DNA from: the human T2T-CHM13v2.0 reference genome, Homo sapiens
NCBI RefSeq assembly: GCF_009914755.1
Contig: NC_060932.1
Direction: 5' to 3' (one strand)
DNA length: 64,000 nt
Below the pieces are notes generated by a model. It saw nothing but the letters and a program-made list of their open reading frames with translations. It had not been told where the DNA came from and ran no database searches. A program made the translations under genes and the position numbers. Every line of letters starts with the position of its first letter. Position 1 is the first letter of the stretch. Below, one piece after another: positions 51,201-64,000 of this stretch.

Positions 51201-54200
51201 CCAGTTTTCATCAAAGAATTTTCAGTTTTTCTCTGTGTGATCCAAAATGTTCCTTTGCAGATCCTACTAAAGGAGTATTTCCAACCTGCAGAATCAGAAA
51301 AGAAATTTAATTCTTTAAGATGAATCCAGACAGCACAAGGCAGCTTCATAGATAGCTTCTGGGTAGTTTTTGTCATGGAATATTTAGTTTCTCACTGTAG
51401 GCCTATGTGGGCTTTTCAATTCCCTTCACAGATTCTACAAGAATACTGTTTCCAACCTGCTGAATCAAAAGAAAGGTGTAATTCTGTGAGCTGAATCAAC
51501 AAACCACAAGGCAGTTATACAGATAGCTTCTTTCTAGTTTTTATTACAGGATATTCAGTTTTTCACCATAGGCCTCAATGATCTCCCAAATGTACTTTTG
51601 CATATTCTACAAAAAGAGTATTTCCAACCTGCTGAAAGAAATGAAATGTTTAACTCTGTGAGCAGAATGCACACGTCACAAAGCAGTTTAACAGTTAACT
51701 TCTTTCTAGTTTTTATCAGGAAATAGTCAGTTTTTCACTTTAGGCCTCAGTTTGCTCTGAAATGTCCCTTCACAGATTCTACAAGAAGAGGGTTTTCAAC
51801 CTGCATAATCAAAGGAAAAGTTTCCTTCTGTGAGCTGAATCCACACATCACAAGGAAGTTTCACAGATAGCTTCTTTCTAATTCTTATTGCAGGATATTT
51901 GGTTTTTCACTATTGGCCTCAGTGGGGTCAGAAAAGTCACCTTGCAGATTCTTCAAAGAGAGTGTTTCCTATATGTTGAATCAAAGAAAAATTTAAGTTT
52001 GCGAGCTGAATGCACACATCACAAAGCAGTTTCAAAGATAGCTTCTTTCTAGTTTTTATTGTGGGACATTCTGTTTTTCACTATAGGCCTCAGTGGGCTC
52101 CAAATGTCCCCTCACAAATTCTACAAAAAGAGTGTTTCCAACCTGCTAAAGCCAGAAAGAGGTTTGACTCTGAACTCAATGCACACATCACATAGCAGTA
52201 TCACCCATAGCTCCTTTCTAGTTTTGATCAGGAAATATTCACTTGTTTACTATAGGCCTCAGTCGGTTCCTAAATGTCCCCTCCCTTGCAGAGTCTACAA
52301 AAAGAGGGTTTCCAACTTGCTGAGTTGAAAGAATGTTTTAACTCTCTGAAATGAATGCATATATCACAAAGCAGTTTCACAGAGAGCTTCTTTGTAGTTT
52401 TATAGCTGGATATTGGGTTTTTCATTACAAGCCTCAGGTTGCATTGAAATATCCCTTCACAGATTGTACAAAATGAGTGTTTCCATCCCACTGAATCAAA
52501 AGAACAATTTAACTCTGTGAGCTGAAATGGCACATCACATAGCACTTTCACAGATAGCTTGTTTCTAGTTTTTATATATATATTTTTTTACTGTAGGTCT
52601 GTGTGCTCTGAAATGTCTCTTTGCAGATCTTACGAAAAGAGTGTTTCTAACCTGCTGAATCAAAAAAAATTATCTCTATAAGCTGAATCTACGCATCAAA
52701 AATCAGTTTCACAGATATCTTCTGTGTAGTTTTTATCATAGGATATTTTGTTTTTCACTGTAAGTCTCAGTGGACTCTGAAATGTCCCTTTGCAGATTAT
52801 ACAAAAAGAGTGTTTCCAACCAGCTGAATCAAAAGACAGGTTTAACTCTGCGAGCTGAATCCACACATCACAAAGCAGCTTCACAGATAGATTCTTTCTA
52901 GTTTTTAATCACAAAATGTTAGGATTTTCTTTTCCTTTTTTTTTTTTTTTTTACTGTCAGCCCCTGTGGGCTTTGAAATTTTTTTTTGCATATCCTACAA
53001 AAAGAGTGTTTTCAACCTGCTGAATGAAAGAATGTTTTAACTCTGTGAGCAAAATCCAGACATCACAAAGGAGTTTCACAGATAGCATCTTTCTAGTTTT
53101 TATCACGGGATATTCAGTTTTTCACTATAGGTCTCAGTGGGCTGTGAAATGCCTTTTCACAGATTGTACAAAAAGAGGGTTTCCAACCTGCTGAATCAAA
53201 AGAAAAGTTTTGCTCTGTGAGCTGAATCCACACATCGCAAAACAGTTTCACAGATTGCTTCTTTCTAGTTTTAATCGGCAGAAATTCAGTTTTTCACCAT
53301 AGACCTCATTGGGCTCCAAAATGTCTCTTTGTGGATTCTTTAAAAGGAGTGTTTCAAATTTGCTGAATCAAAAGAAAGGTTTAACTCTGTGAGCTGAATC
53401 CACACATCACAAAGCAGTTTCACAGATAGCTTCTTTCTAGTTTTTATTGCAGAATATTTGAGTTTTTACTATAGGCCTCAGTGGCCTCGGATATGTCCCC
53501 TCGCATTTCCTACAGAAAGAGTGTTTCCAAATGGTGAATCAAAAGAAAGGTTTAGCTCTGTGAGGTGAATGCACATATCACAAAGCTGTGTCACACATAG
53601 CTTCTTAGTAGTTTTTATCATGGGATATTTCGTTTTTCACTATAGGCCTCAGTTTGCTCCTAAATATCCCTTCACAGATTTTACAAAATGAGTTTTTCCA
53701 ACATATGGAATCAAAAGAAAGGTTTAACCCTGTGAGTCGAATCAACACATCACATGGCACTTTCACAGGTAACTTCTTTCTAATTTTTATCACAGAATAT
53801 TCGGGTTTTCACTATAGGTATCTCTGTACTTTGAAATGTCCCTTCACCTTAGGTTCTTTCTAGTTTTTTTTTTTTTTTTTTTTTTTTAATAACGAAATGT
53901 TCAGTTTTTCACTATAGGCCTCATCGGGTTTCAAATGTCATTTTGAAGATCCTACAAAAAGGGTTGTTTCCAACCTGCTGAATTAAAAGAAAGTTTTAAC
54001 TCTCTGAGGAAAGTCAGACATCACAAAGCAGTTTCACAGAGAGCTTCCTTCTAGTTTTCATCATGGGACATTCAGTTTTTCACTATATGTCTCCATGGAC
54101 TTGGAAATATCCCTTCACAGATTCTGCAAAAAGAGTGTTTCCAACCTGCTGAATCAAAAGAATGGTTTAATCCTGTGAGCTGAATGCTCACATCCCAAAG

Positions 54201-57200
54201 AAGTTTCACAGATAGATTTCTTCTAGTTTTTATGGCAAGATATTCAGCTTTTACTATAGGCCTCAGTTTGCTTCAAATATCTTTTTGAAGACTTTACAAA
54301 AAGAGTGTTTCCAACACGCTGAATCAAAGGAAAGTTTGAACTCTGTGAGTTGAATGCACACCTTACAATGAAGTTTCACAGATAGCTTCTATCTAGTTTT
54401 TACTGAGGAATATTCAGTTTTTCACTACAGTTCTCAGTGTGATCTGAAATGTACCCTTACAGATTCTACAAAAAGAGTGTTTGCAACTTAATGAACCTAA
54501 ATAAAGGTTTAACTTTGTGAGCTGAATCCACACATCACAAAGGAGTTTCACAGATTTCTTCTTTGTAGATTTTATTGATGGATATTTTGTTTTCCCTATA
54601 GGCCTCATTGGCCACCAAAAGTCCCTTCACAGATTCGACAAAAAGAGTGTTTCCAACCTGCTGAATCAAAAGAAAGGTTTAATTCTCTAAGCTTAATCCA
54701 CACAACACAAAACAGTTTCACAGACAGCTTCCTTTTAGTTTTTATTGTGGATTATTTGGGTTTTCACTATAGGCCTAAGTAAGCTCTGATATGTCCCCTC
54801 ACAGTTCCTAGAAAAAAAGGGTCTCCAAACTGCTGAATAAAAAGAAAGTTTTAACTCTGTGAGCTGAATCTGCACATCACAAAGCAGTTTCACAGACAGC
54901 TTCTTTCTAGTTTTCATCACTGTATATTTGTTTTTTCACTATGGTTTTCAGTGGGCTCCGAAATATCCTCGGGAAGATTCTACAAAAAGAGTGTTCCAAA
55001 CCTGCTAAATCAAAGGAAAGGTCTAACTCTGTTAACTCAATACACTCATCACATAGCAGTTTCACAGATAGGTTCTTGTAGTTTTTAACATGGGATATTC
55101 GGTTTTTTACTATAGGCATCAGTTTGCTCCAAAGTATCCCTTCACAGATTCTACAAAATGAGTGTTTCCAACCTACAGAATCAAAAGAAAGTTTAACTGT
55201 GTGAGCTGAATCCACACATTATATAGCACTTTCACAGATAACTTCTTTCTAGTTTTCATTGCAGAACAATCAGTTTTTCACTATAGGTCTCTGTGTGTTC
55301 AGTAATATCCCTCCACTGAACCTATTAAAAGAGTGTCTTCAAGCTGTTGAATCAAAAATGTCATTTAAATCGTTGAGCTGAATCCACTCATCACAAAGCA
55401 GTTTCACTTATAGCTCCTGTTTATTTTTCATCAAGGCATATTTTGTTTTTCACTGTAGGCTCCAGTGGGCCTCAAATTTCCCTTCACAGATTCTACAAGA
55501 AGAGTGTTTCCAATTTGCTGAATAAAATGAAAGGTGTAACTCTGTGAGCTGAATCCACAAACCACAGCACAGTTTCACTGATATCTTCTTTTTAGTTTTT
55601 AGCTGGGGATATTTCGTTTTTCATTAGAGGCCTCAATGGGCTCAAAAATGTCCCTTCACAAATTCTACAAAAAGAGTGATTCCAACCTGCTGAATCCAAA
55701 GAAAGGTTTAACTCTATGAGTTGAATCAACACATCACAAAGAAGTTTCACAGATAGCTTCTTTCTAGTATTTATTGTAGAATATTCAGTTTTTCACTATA
55801 GGCCTCAGTTTCCTTCAAAATGTCTTCTTGCAGATTCCAGAAAAAGAGTGTTCCCAACCTATTGAATCAAAAGAAAGGTTTAACTCTGTGAGCTTAATCC
55901 ACACTTCACAATGCAGTTTCACAGATAATTTCTTTCTAGTTTTTATCACAGGATCTTCACTTTTTCACTATAGGCCTCAGTTGGCTCTGAAATGTCCCTT
56001 CGCAGATTCTATAAAAAGAGATTTTCCATTCTGGTGAATTAACAGGAATGTTTAATGTTTTGAAGTGAATGCATGCATCACAAAGCTGTTTCACAGATGG
56101 CTTGTTTGTAGTTTTTATTTTAAGATATTTGGTTTATCACTGTAGGCATCATTTTTCTCTGAAATGACTTTTTCAGGTTGTACAAAAAGAGTGTTCTGAA
56201 TCAAAAGAAAGTTTTAACTCTGTGAGTTGAATCCACACCTCACAAAGCAGTTTCTACAGAATGTCCCTTCAAAAATTTCACAAAAGATTTATTTCCAGAC
56301 TGCTGAATAAAAAAAAAAAAAAGTTTTAACACTGTATGTAGAATGCACACATCACAAAGCAGTTTCACAGATAGCTTCTCTCTAGTTTTTATTGGATACA
56401 AAAAGAGTGTTTTATTGTGGGATATCTAGTTTTACATTATAGACCTTAGTTGGCTCAGAAATGCCCCCTTACAGATTCTACAAACAGAGTGTTTTCAACC
56501 TGTTGAATCAAAAGAAAGGTTCATTTCTGTGATATGAATGTAGGCATCAGAAATTAGTTTCACAGATAGCTTCTTTCTAGTTACTATGGTGGGATATTCA
56601 ATTTTTAACTGTAGGCCTCAGTGGCTCTGGAATGGCTTTTTGCAGATTCTACAGAAACATTGTTTCCAACGTGATGAATCAAAAGAAAGGTTTAACTCTG
56701 TGAGTTGAATCCACACAACACAAAGTAATTTCAAAGATAGCTTCATTCTAGTTTTTATCACTGGATATTCTTTTTTTTCACTATAGGCATAATTGGGCTT
56801 TGAAATGTCCTTTGGCAGATTCTACAAAAAGAGTGTTTCCAACCCTTTGAATCAAAAGAAAGATTGATTTCTGTGAACTGAATCCACAAGTCACAAAGCA
56901 GTTTCACAAATAGCTTCTTCATAGTTTTTATCATGGGATATTCGGTTTTTCACAGTAGGCCTCAGTGGGCTCCAAAATGTCCCTTATCTGATTCTCCAAA
57001 AAAAGTTTTTCAACCTTAGGCATGAATAGAAATCTTTACCTCTATGAGCTGAATCCATACATCACAAAACAACTTCACAGATAGTTTTTTTTTCTAGTTT
57101 TGATTGTGAAATATTCAGTTTTTCAGGTTATGCCTCAGTAGATTCCAAAATGTCTATTCACAGATTCTACAACAAAAGTGTTTCCAACCTGCTAAATTAA

Positions 57201-60200
57201 AAGAAAGGGTTAACTTTGTGAGCTGAATCCACACATCACAAAGCATTTTCACAGATAGTTTATTTCTAGTTTATTTTGTGGGAATTTCTGCTTTTCAAAC
57301 TAGGTGTCTGTGGGCTTTGAAATGTCCCTTCGCAGATTCTACAAAAAAAGTGTTTCCAACCTGCTTAATCAAGACAAAGGTTTAACTCTGTGAGCTGGAT
57401 GCACACATCACAATGTGGTTTCAGAAATAGTTTATTTCTAGTTTTTTTAATAACAGGATATTCGGTTTTTCACTATGGGCCTATTCGGCTCTGAAATGTC
57501 CCTTCATAGATTATACAAAAAAAAGTGTTTTCAACCTGCTGAAGCAAAAGAAAGGTTTAACTCTGTGAACTAAATGCACACATCACAAAGTGGTTTCACA
57601 GTTAGCTTTTTTTGTTTTTGTAGTGGGATATTTTGTTTCTCAGTATGGGCCTCAGTGGGCTCCGATATGTCCCTTCACAGGTTTTACAAAAACAGTGTTT
57701 CCAACCTGCTGAATCACAAGAGAGTTTTAACTCTGTGAGTTTAATCCACACATCAGAAAGCAGTTTAACAGATAGTATCTTAGTAATTTTTATTATGGGA
57801 TATTTTGTTTTTTTATTATAGGCCTCAGAAGGCTCCAAAACTTCCCTTTGCAGATTCTACAAAAAGAGTGTTTCCAAACTGCTGAATCAAATAAAGATTT
57901 AACTCTGTGAACTAAATCTACACATCAGAAAGCAGCTTTATGGATAGCTTCTTTCTAGTTTTTATCACAAGATATTTGGTTTTTCTCCATTCACCTCAGG
58001 GGGCTTTGAAATGTCCCTTTGCATATTCTACAAAGAGACTGTTTCCAACCTGCTGAATAAAAAAAAAAAAAAGTTTAACTCTGTGAGCTGAATGCACACA
58101 TCACAAAGTAGTTTCACAGACAGCTTCTTTCTAATTTTTATTATGGGATATTCACTTTTTCACTATAGGCCTCAGTGGGCTCCAAAATATCTGTTCCTAG
58201 ATTCCTCAAAAAGAGCATTTCCAATCTGTTGAATCAAAAGAAAGTTACAATTCTGTGAGCTTGTGAGCTGAGTGCACTCATCACAAAATAGTTTCATAGA
58301 TAAATTCTTTCTGGTTTTTATTTTGGGATATTCTGTTTCTCACTATAGGCCTCAGAAGGCTCCAAATGTCCCTTCACAGATAATATCAAAAGAGTGTTTC
58401 CAACCTACTGGTTGAAAAGAAAGGTAAACTCTGTGAGCTGAATGCAAACATCACAAAACAGTTTAACAGACAGCTTCTTTACAGTTTTTACTGCAGGATT
58501 TTCAGTTTTTCACTATAGACCTCAGTGGGCTGCAAAATGTCTTTTCTCAGATTCTCCAAAAGGAGTTTTCCAACCAGATGAATTAATAGAAAGGTTTTAC
58601 TCTGTGAGCTGAATCCATACATAACAAAACAACTTCACAGATAGCTTCTTCATCGTTTTGATCGCAAAATATTTAGTTTTTCATGTAAGGCCTTTGTAGA
58701 CTCCAAAATGTCCCTGTGCAGATTCTACAAAAACAGTTTCCAAACTGCTAAAGCAAAAGAAACAGTTAACTTTGTGAGCTGAATCCACCCATCACAAATC
58801 AGTTTCACAGATAGCTTCTTTCTAGTTTTTATTGCAAAATATTCAATTTTTCACTATACTCTGCAGTGGGCTCTGAAATATTTCTCTACAGATTCTACAA
58901 AAAGAGTGTTTCCAACTTGCTGAATCAAAAGAAAGATTTAACTCTGTGAGTGAATGCACACATCACAAAGCAGTTTCACAGACAGCTTCTTTCTAATTTT
59001 TACCATGGGATATCCTGTTTTTCACTGTAGACCTCAGTGGGCTCCGAAATGCCCATTTGCAAATTCTACAAAAACAGTGTTTCCAACCTGTTGAATCAAA
59101 AGAAAGCTTTAACTTTGTGAGCTGAATGCACACCTCACAAAGCAGTTTCACAGATAGCTTCTTTCTTGTTCTTATCATGAGATATTTTGTTTTCCACTAT
59201 AGACCTAAGTGACCTCTAAAATGTCTCTTCACAGATTCTACAAAAGAGAATTTCCAACCTGCTGAATCAAAACAAAAATTTATCTCTGTGAGTTGACTGC
59301 ACACATTGCAAAGCAGCTTCACAGATAGCCTCTTTCTAGTTTTTATCACTGGATGTTCAGTTTTTCACTATAGGCCTCAGTGGGCTCCAAACTATCCCTT
59401 TGCAGATTCTACAAAAACAGAGTTTCCACCATGCTGCCTGAAAATAAAGGTTCAATTCTGTGAGCTGAATGCACACATCACAAAGCAGTATAACAGACAG
59501 CTTATTTCTAGTTTTTATAGTGAGACATTCTTTTTTTTTTACATAGCCCTCAGTGGGTTCTACAATGTCCCTTTGCAGGTTTTACAAAAGACTGTTTATA
59601 ACCTGTTGAATCAAAAGAAAGGTTTAACTCTGTGAGCTGAACCCACGCATCAAATAGCTGTATCACAGATAGCTTATTTCTAGTTTTTATTGTAGGATAT
59701 TCAGTTTTTCACTCTACACATCTGTTGGCTCTGAATTATCCCTTCGCAGATTCTACAGAAAAAGTGTTTCCAACGTGCTGCAACAAAAGAAAGATTTAAC
59801 TCTTTGTGGTGAATTCACATATCACAAAGCAGTTTGACAGATAACTTCTTTCTAGTTGTTATCATGGGATAATTGGTTTTTCACTGTAGGCCTCCACGGG
59901 CTATGAAATGTCCCTTCACAGATTCAACAAAAAGAGTGTTTCCAATCTGCTGAATCAAAAGAAAAGTTTAACTCCCTGGGATGAAAGCACACATCACAAG
60001 GCAGTTTCACAGATAGTTTCTAGTTTTTCTTGAGGATATTTGATCTTTTACTATAGCCCTCAGTGAATTCCAAAATGTCTTCTCACAGACTCTACAAGAA
60101 GAGTGTCTCCAAACTCCTGAAACAAAAGAAAGGTTTAACTCTTTGAGATGAATCCACACTTCACAAAGCAGTTTCACAGACAACTTTTTTTCTAGTATAT

Positions 60201-63200
60201 ATCATAGGATATTCTGTCTTACACTATAGGCTGCAGTATGCTCCAAAGTGTTTTTTGGCAGTTGCTTCAAAATGAGTGTTTCCAATGTGCTGAATCAAAA
60301 GAAAAGTTTAACTCTTTTATCTGAATTCACACACCACAAAGGAGTTTCACAGATAGGATCATTCTAGTTTTTACCACCTGATATTCAGTTTTCCACTATA
60401 GACCTCACTAGGCTCAGAAAAGAGACTTCCCATGTTCTACAAAATAGTATTTTCAACCTGCTGAATCAAAATAAAGGTTTAACTCTGTCAGCTTCATCCA
60501 CACATCACAAAGCAGTTTCACAAATAGCATTTTTCTTGTTTTTATTGCGTGATATTCTGTTTTTTACTCTAGGCCTCAGTGGGCTCTGAAGTATCCCTTG
60601 CCATAGTCTGCAAAAAGAGTGTTTCCAAAGTGCTTAATCAAAAGATTTAACTGTTTGAACTGAATCCACATATCACAAAATAGTTGCAAAGACAGTATTT
60701 TTCTAGTTTATATTTCTAGTTTTCATTGTGGGATACTTGGTATCTCACTATAGGCTTCATTGGGTTTTGAAATGTCCCTTCGCGGATCTACAAAAAGAGT
60801 GTTTCCCACCTCGTGAATTAAAAGAATGGTTTATCTCTATTAGTTAAATCCACACATCACAAAGTAGTTTCACAGATAGCTTCTTTCTTGTTTTCATCAC
60901 AGGATATTCAGCTTTTCACTGTAGGCCTTTGTGGGCTTTGAAACACCCCTTCGCTGATTCTACAAGATGAGTGTTTCCAACCTGCTGAATCAAAAGAAAG
61001 GTTTAACTCTTTGAGATGAATCCACACATCACAAAGTCGTCTCACAGATCATTTCTTTCTAATTTTTATCACGGGAAATTCAGTTTTTCACTGTAGGTTC
61101 TAGTGGGTTCCAAATTTTCACCTCATAGTTTCTACAAAAAGAGTGTTTAGAACCTGCTGAATCAAAAAAAAGTTCCACTCCAGGAGCTGAATCCACACAT
61201 TACAATGCAGTTTCACAGGCCTATAAGGCCCTAGTGGGCTTTGAAATGTCCCTTCACAGATTCTACAAAAGAAGTGTTTCAAACCTTCTGAATTATAAGA
61301 AAAGTTTAATGCTGTGAGCTGAATTTACAGATCACAAAGCAGTTTCAGGATATCTTCTTACTAGTTTCTGTTGTGGGATTTTAGGTTTTTCACTATAGGC
61401 CTACGTGGGCTTTGAAATGTCCCATTGTAGATTCTAAAAAAACAGTGCTTCCCACCTGCTGAATCAAAAGAAAAGTTTAACTTTGTGAGCTGAGTGCACA
61501 CATCCCAAAGTATTTTCACAGATAGCTTTTTTCTAATTTTTAACCCCAAATTTTCATTTTTTCACCATAGGCCTCAATGGGTTTGGAATATTTCCTCACA
61601 GATTCTAAAAAAAAGAGTGTTTCAAACCTGCTGAATGAAAAGAAAGGTTTAACTCTGACAGGAACCCACACAACACAAAGCAGCTTCACAGATAGCTTCT
61701 TTTTAGTTTTTATTGTGGGATTTTCGGGTTTTCACTATAGGCATTGGTTCGCTCTGAAATATTCCATCAGATTCTACAAAAAGGGTTTCTCCAACTTGCT
61801 GAATCAAAAGAAAGTTTTTACTCTTTGACCTGAATGCACACATCACAAAGCAGTTTCACAGATAAATTCTTTCTAGTTTTTGTCATGGGATATTTGGTTT
61901 TTCACTACAGGCCTCAGTGGTTCTGAAATGTCCCTTCGCAGATTCTACAAAAAGCATGTTTCCATTCTTTGGAATCAAAAGAAATGTTTAACTTTGTAAG
62001 CCAAATCCACACGTCAAAAAGAAAGCAGTTTCACAGATAGCTTCTTTCTAATTTTTATCATGGGAAATTCAGTTTTTCATTATAAGGTTTAGTGGGCTCG
62101 TAGATTTGTACAAAAAAGTGTTACAACCTAATGAAACAAAAAAAAAAAAACAAAAGAAAAGTTAAACTCTGTAAGCTGAATCCATTTGTAACAAAAGAGT
62201 TTCAGATAGCTTCTCTCTAGTTTTTATCATGGGGATATATGAGTTTTCACTATAGGCTTCAGTGGGCTCCAAAATATTTCTTCACAGATTCTATAAAAAG
62301 ATGTTTCCAAATTTCTGCAAAAAAAAAAAGGCTTAAGTCTGAGAACTAAATCTACACATCACAAAGCTGTTTCACTGATAGCTACTGTCTAGTTTTTATT
62401 TTGGGATATACGGTTTTTCACTTTAGGGATCAGTGGGCTCCAAAATATTTCTTAGCAGATTCTACAAAAAGAGTGTTTCCAAACTGTTGAATGAAAAGAA
62501 AGGTTTAATTTTGTGATCTGAATCCACACATCACAAAGCAGTTTCTCAGATACACCCTCTAGTTTTTATTGTGAGATATTTAGTTCTTCTCTAGAGGTTC
62601 CAGTGGGTTTCTAAATATCCCCTCACAGATTCTAAAGAAAGAGAGTTTCCAACCTGTTGAATAAAAAGAAAGTTTTAACTTTGTTAGATGAATCCACACA
62701 TCACAAAGCATTTTCTGTTTTTCATCAGGGTATATTTGATTTTTCACAAGAGGTCTCAGTGGGCTTTGAAATATCCCTTTGCTAATCCTACAAAAAGAGT
62801 GTTTTCAAACTGCTGAATGAAAAGAAAGGTTAAAATCTGTGATCTGAGTCCAAACATCACATCCAGTATCACAGATAGCTTCTTTCAAGTTTTTATCACA
62901 GGATATTTGGTTTTTCACTCTACACCTCAGTTGGCTCTGAAGTGTCCCCGTGCAGATAGTACAAAAAGGGTGCTTCCAACATGCAGAGTCAAAATAAAGT
63001 TTTAACTTTTTGAGCTGAATCCACACATCACAAAGCAGTTTTCCAGATAGTTTCTTTCTAGTTTTTATCAAGGGATATTCACTTTTAACTATAGGCCTCA
63101 GTGGTTCCAAGATGTCCCACTGCTGATTCTACAAAAAGAGTGTTTCTAACCAGCTGAATCAAAAGAGAGGTGTAGCTCTGTGTCCTGAATCCATACATCA

Positions 63201-64000
63201 CAAAAGAGTTTCATACATATCTTATTTTTAGTTTTTATTGTAGGATACTCAGTTTTTCACTATAGCAATCAGTGGGCTCCAAAATGTCCCATCACAGATT
63301 GCACAAAAAGAGTGTTTTTATCTTCTGAATCAATAGAAATATTTAACGCTTTGAGCTGAATGCTGACATCACAAAGCAGTTTCACAGACAGCTCTTTACT
63401 CCTTTTTATCTCAGTGTGTTTTGTTTTTTAATCTCGGCCACATTGGGCTCTGAAATGTACCTTCACATATTCTGTAAAAAGAGTGTTTCCAACCTACTGA
63501 ATCAAAGGAAAGGTTTAAATCTTTGAGCTGAATTCACTGATCACAAAGCAGTTTCACAGATAGCTTCTTTCTAATTTTTTATTACAAGATATTCAATTTT
63601 TCAGTGCAGGCCTCAATGGGCTCTGAAATGTCCATTCAGAGATTCTACAGAAAGGGTGTTTCTAACTTGTGAAATAAAAAAAAGGTTTAAATTTGTGAGA
63701 TAAATCCACACATCACAGAACAGATTCACAGATAGATTCTTTCTAGTTTTGATTGGTGATATTCAGTTTTTCACAATAAGCCTCAGTGGGCTTTGAAATG
63801 TCCCTTTGCAGATCCTACAATGAGAGTGTTTCTAACCTGCTACAGAAAAGGAAAGATTTAACTCTGAGAACTGAATGCACACATCCCAAGTCAGTTTCAC
63901 AGATAGCCTCTTTCTAGTTTTTATCATGGGATATTTGATTTTTACTATATGTCTAAGTGGGCTCCAAAATGTTCCCTCACAGATTCTACAAAAAGAGTTT
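45284..64000 (-). repeat. Monomeric alpha satellite, A-type monomers, runs off the window end
   Basis: ~171-bp period, high monomer divergence, frequent small deletions. The box position reads tcagtttttcactatagg rather than the CENP-B box cccgtttccaacgaa. Confidence 0.95.

Noticed and set aside
53847-53890. Poly(T) run as a retrotransposon tail (similar runs at 52928-52952 and 62134-62160)
   Set aside because: No element body or TSD. These look like slippage expansions of native alpha T/A tracts.
41916-64000. Active centromeric HOR array, CENP-B boxes, and ORFs such as KTRKKLSVKLLCDVWIQL
   Set aside because: The monomers are highly diverged and no TTCGnnnnAnnCGGG was seen by eye on either strand. 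The ORFs are alpha-satellite translations.

Overview
Primate (most likely human) pericentromeric DNA with no host protein-coding gene. Bases 1-29564 are a diverged ~216-bp GC-rich gamma-satellite array (G-rich strand on +). It is interrupted by an AluY (2248-2557) and an 8.0-kb defective HERV-K(HML-2) type 2 provirus with LTR5A-like LTRs on the minus strand (18148-26152). At ~29560 the array flips to a related gamma-satellite subfamily in the opposite orientation (GSATX-like), which holds a 7.0-kb defective HERV-K(HML-3)/MER9 provirus on the plus strand (32156-39180). From ~41916 to the end is old monomeric alpha satellite with no CENP-B box seen by eye, plus a two-monomer gamma island at 44846-45283. 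Nearly all supplied ORFs are satellite artefacts. The most notable structures are: (i) a ~580-bp leader+gag copy inserted at the HML-2 env splice acceptor, with a patchwork templated junction; (ii) an ancient ~3-kb tandem duplication of the gamma/alpha boundary; (iii) relic higher-order duplications in both satellites; (iv) a 464-codon open RT frame in the HML-3 provirus. I found no evidence of a new protein-based system. Divergence values are by-eye estimates, and subfamily names and the locus guess (8q11.1) come from memory and need checking.
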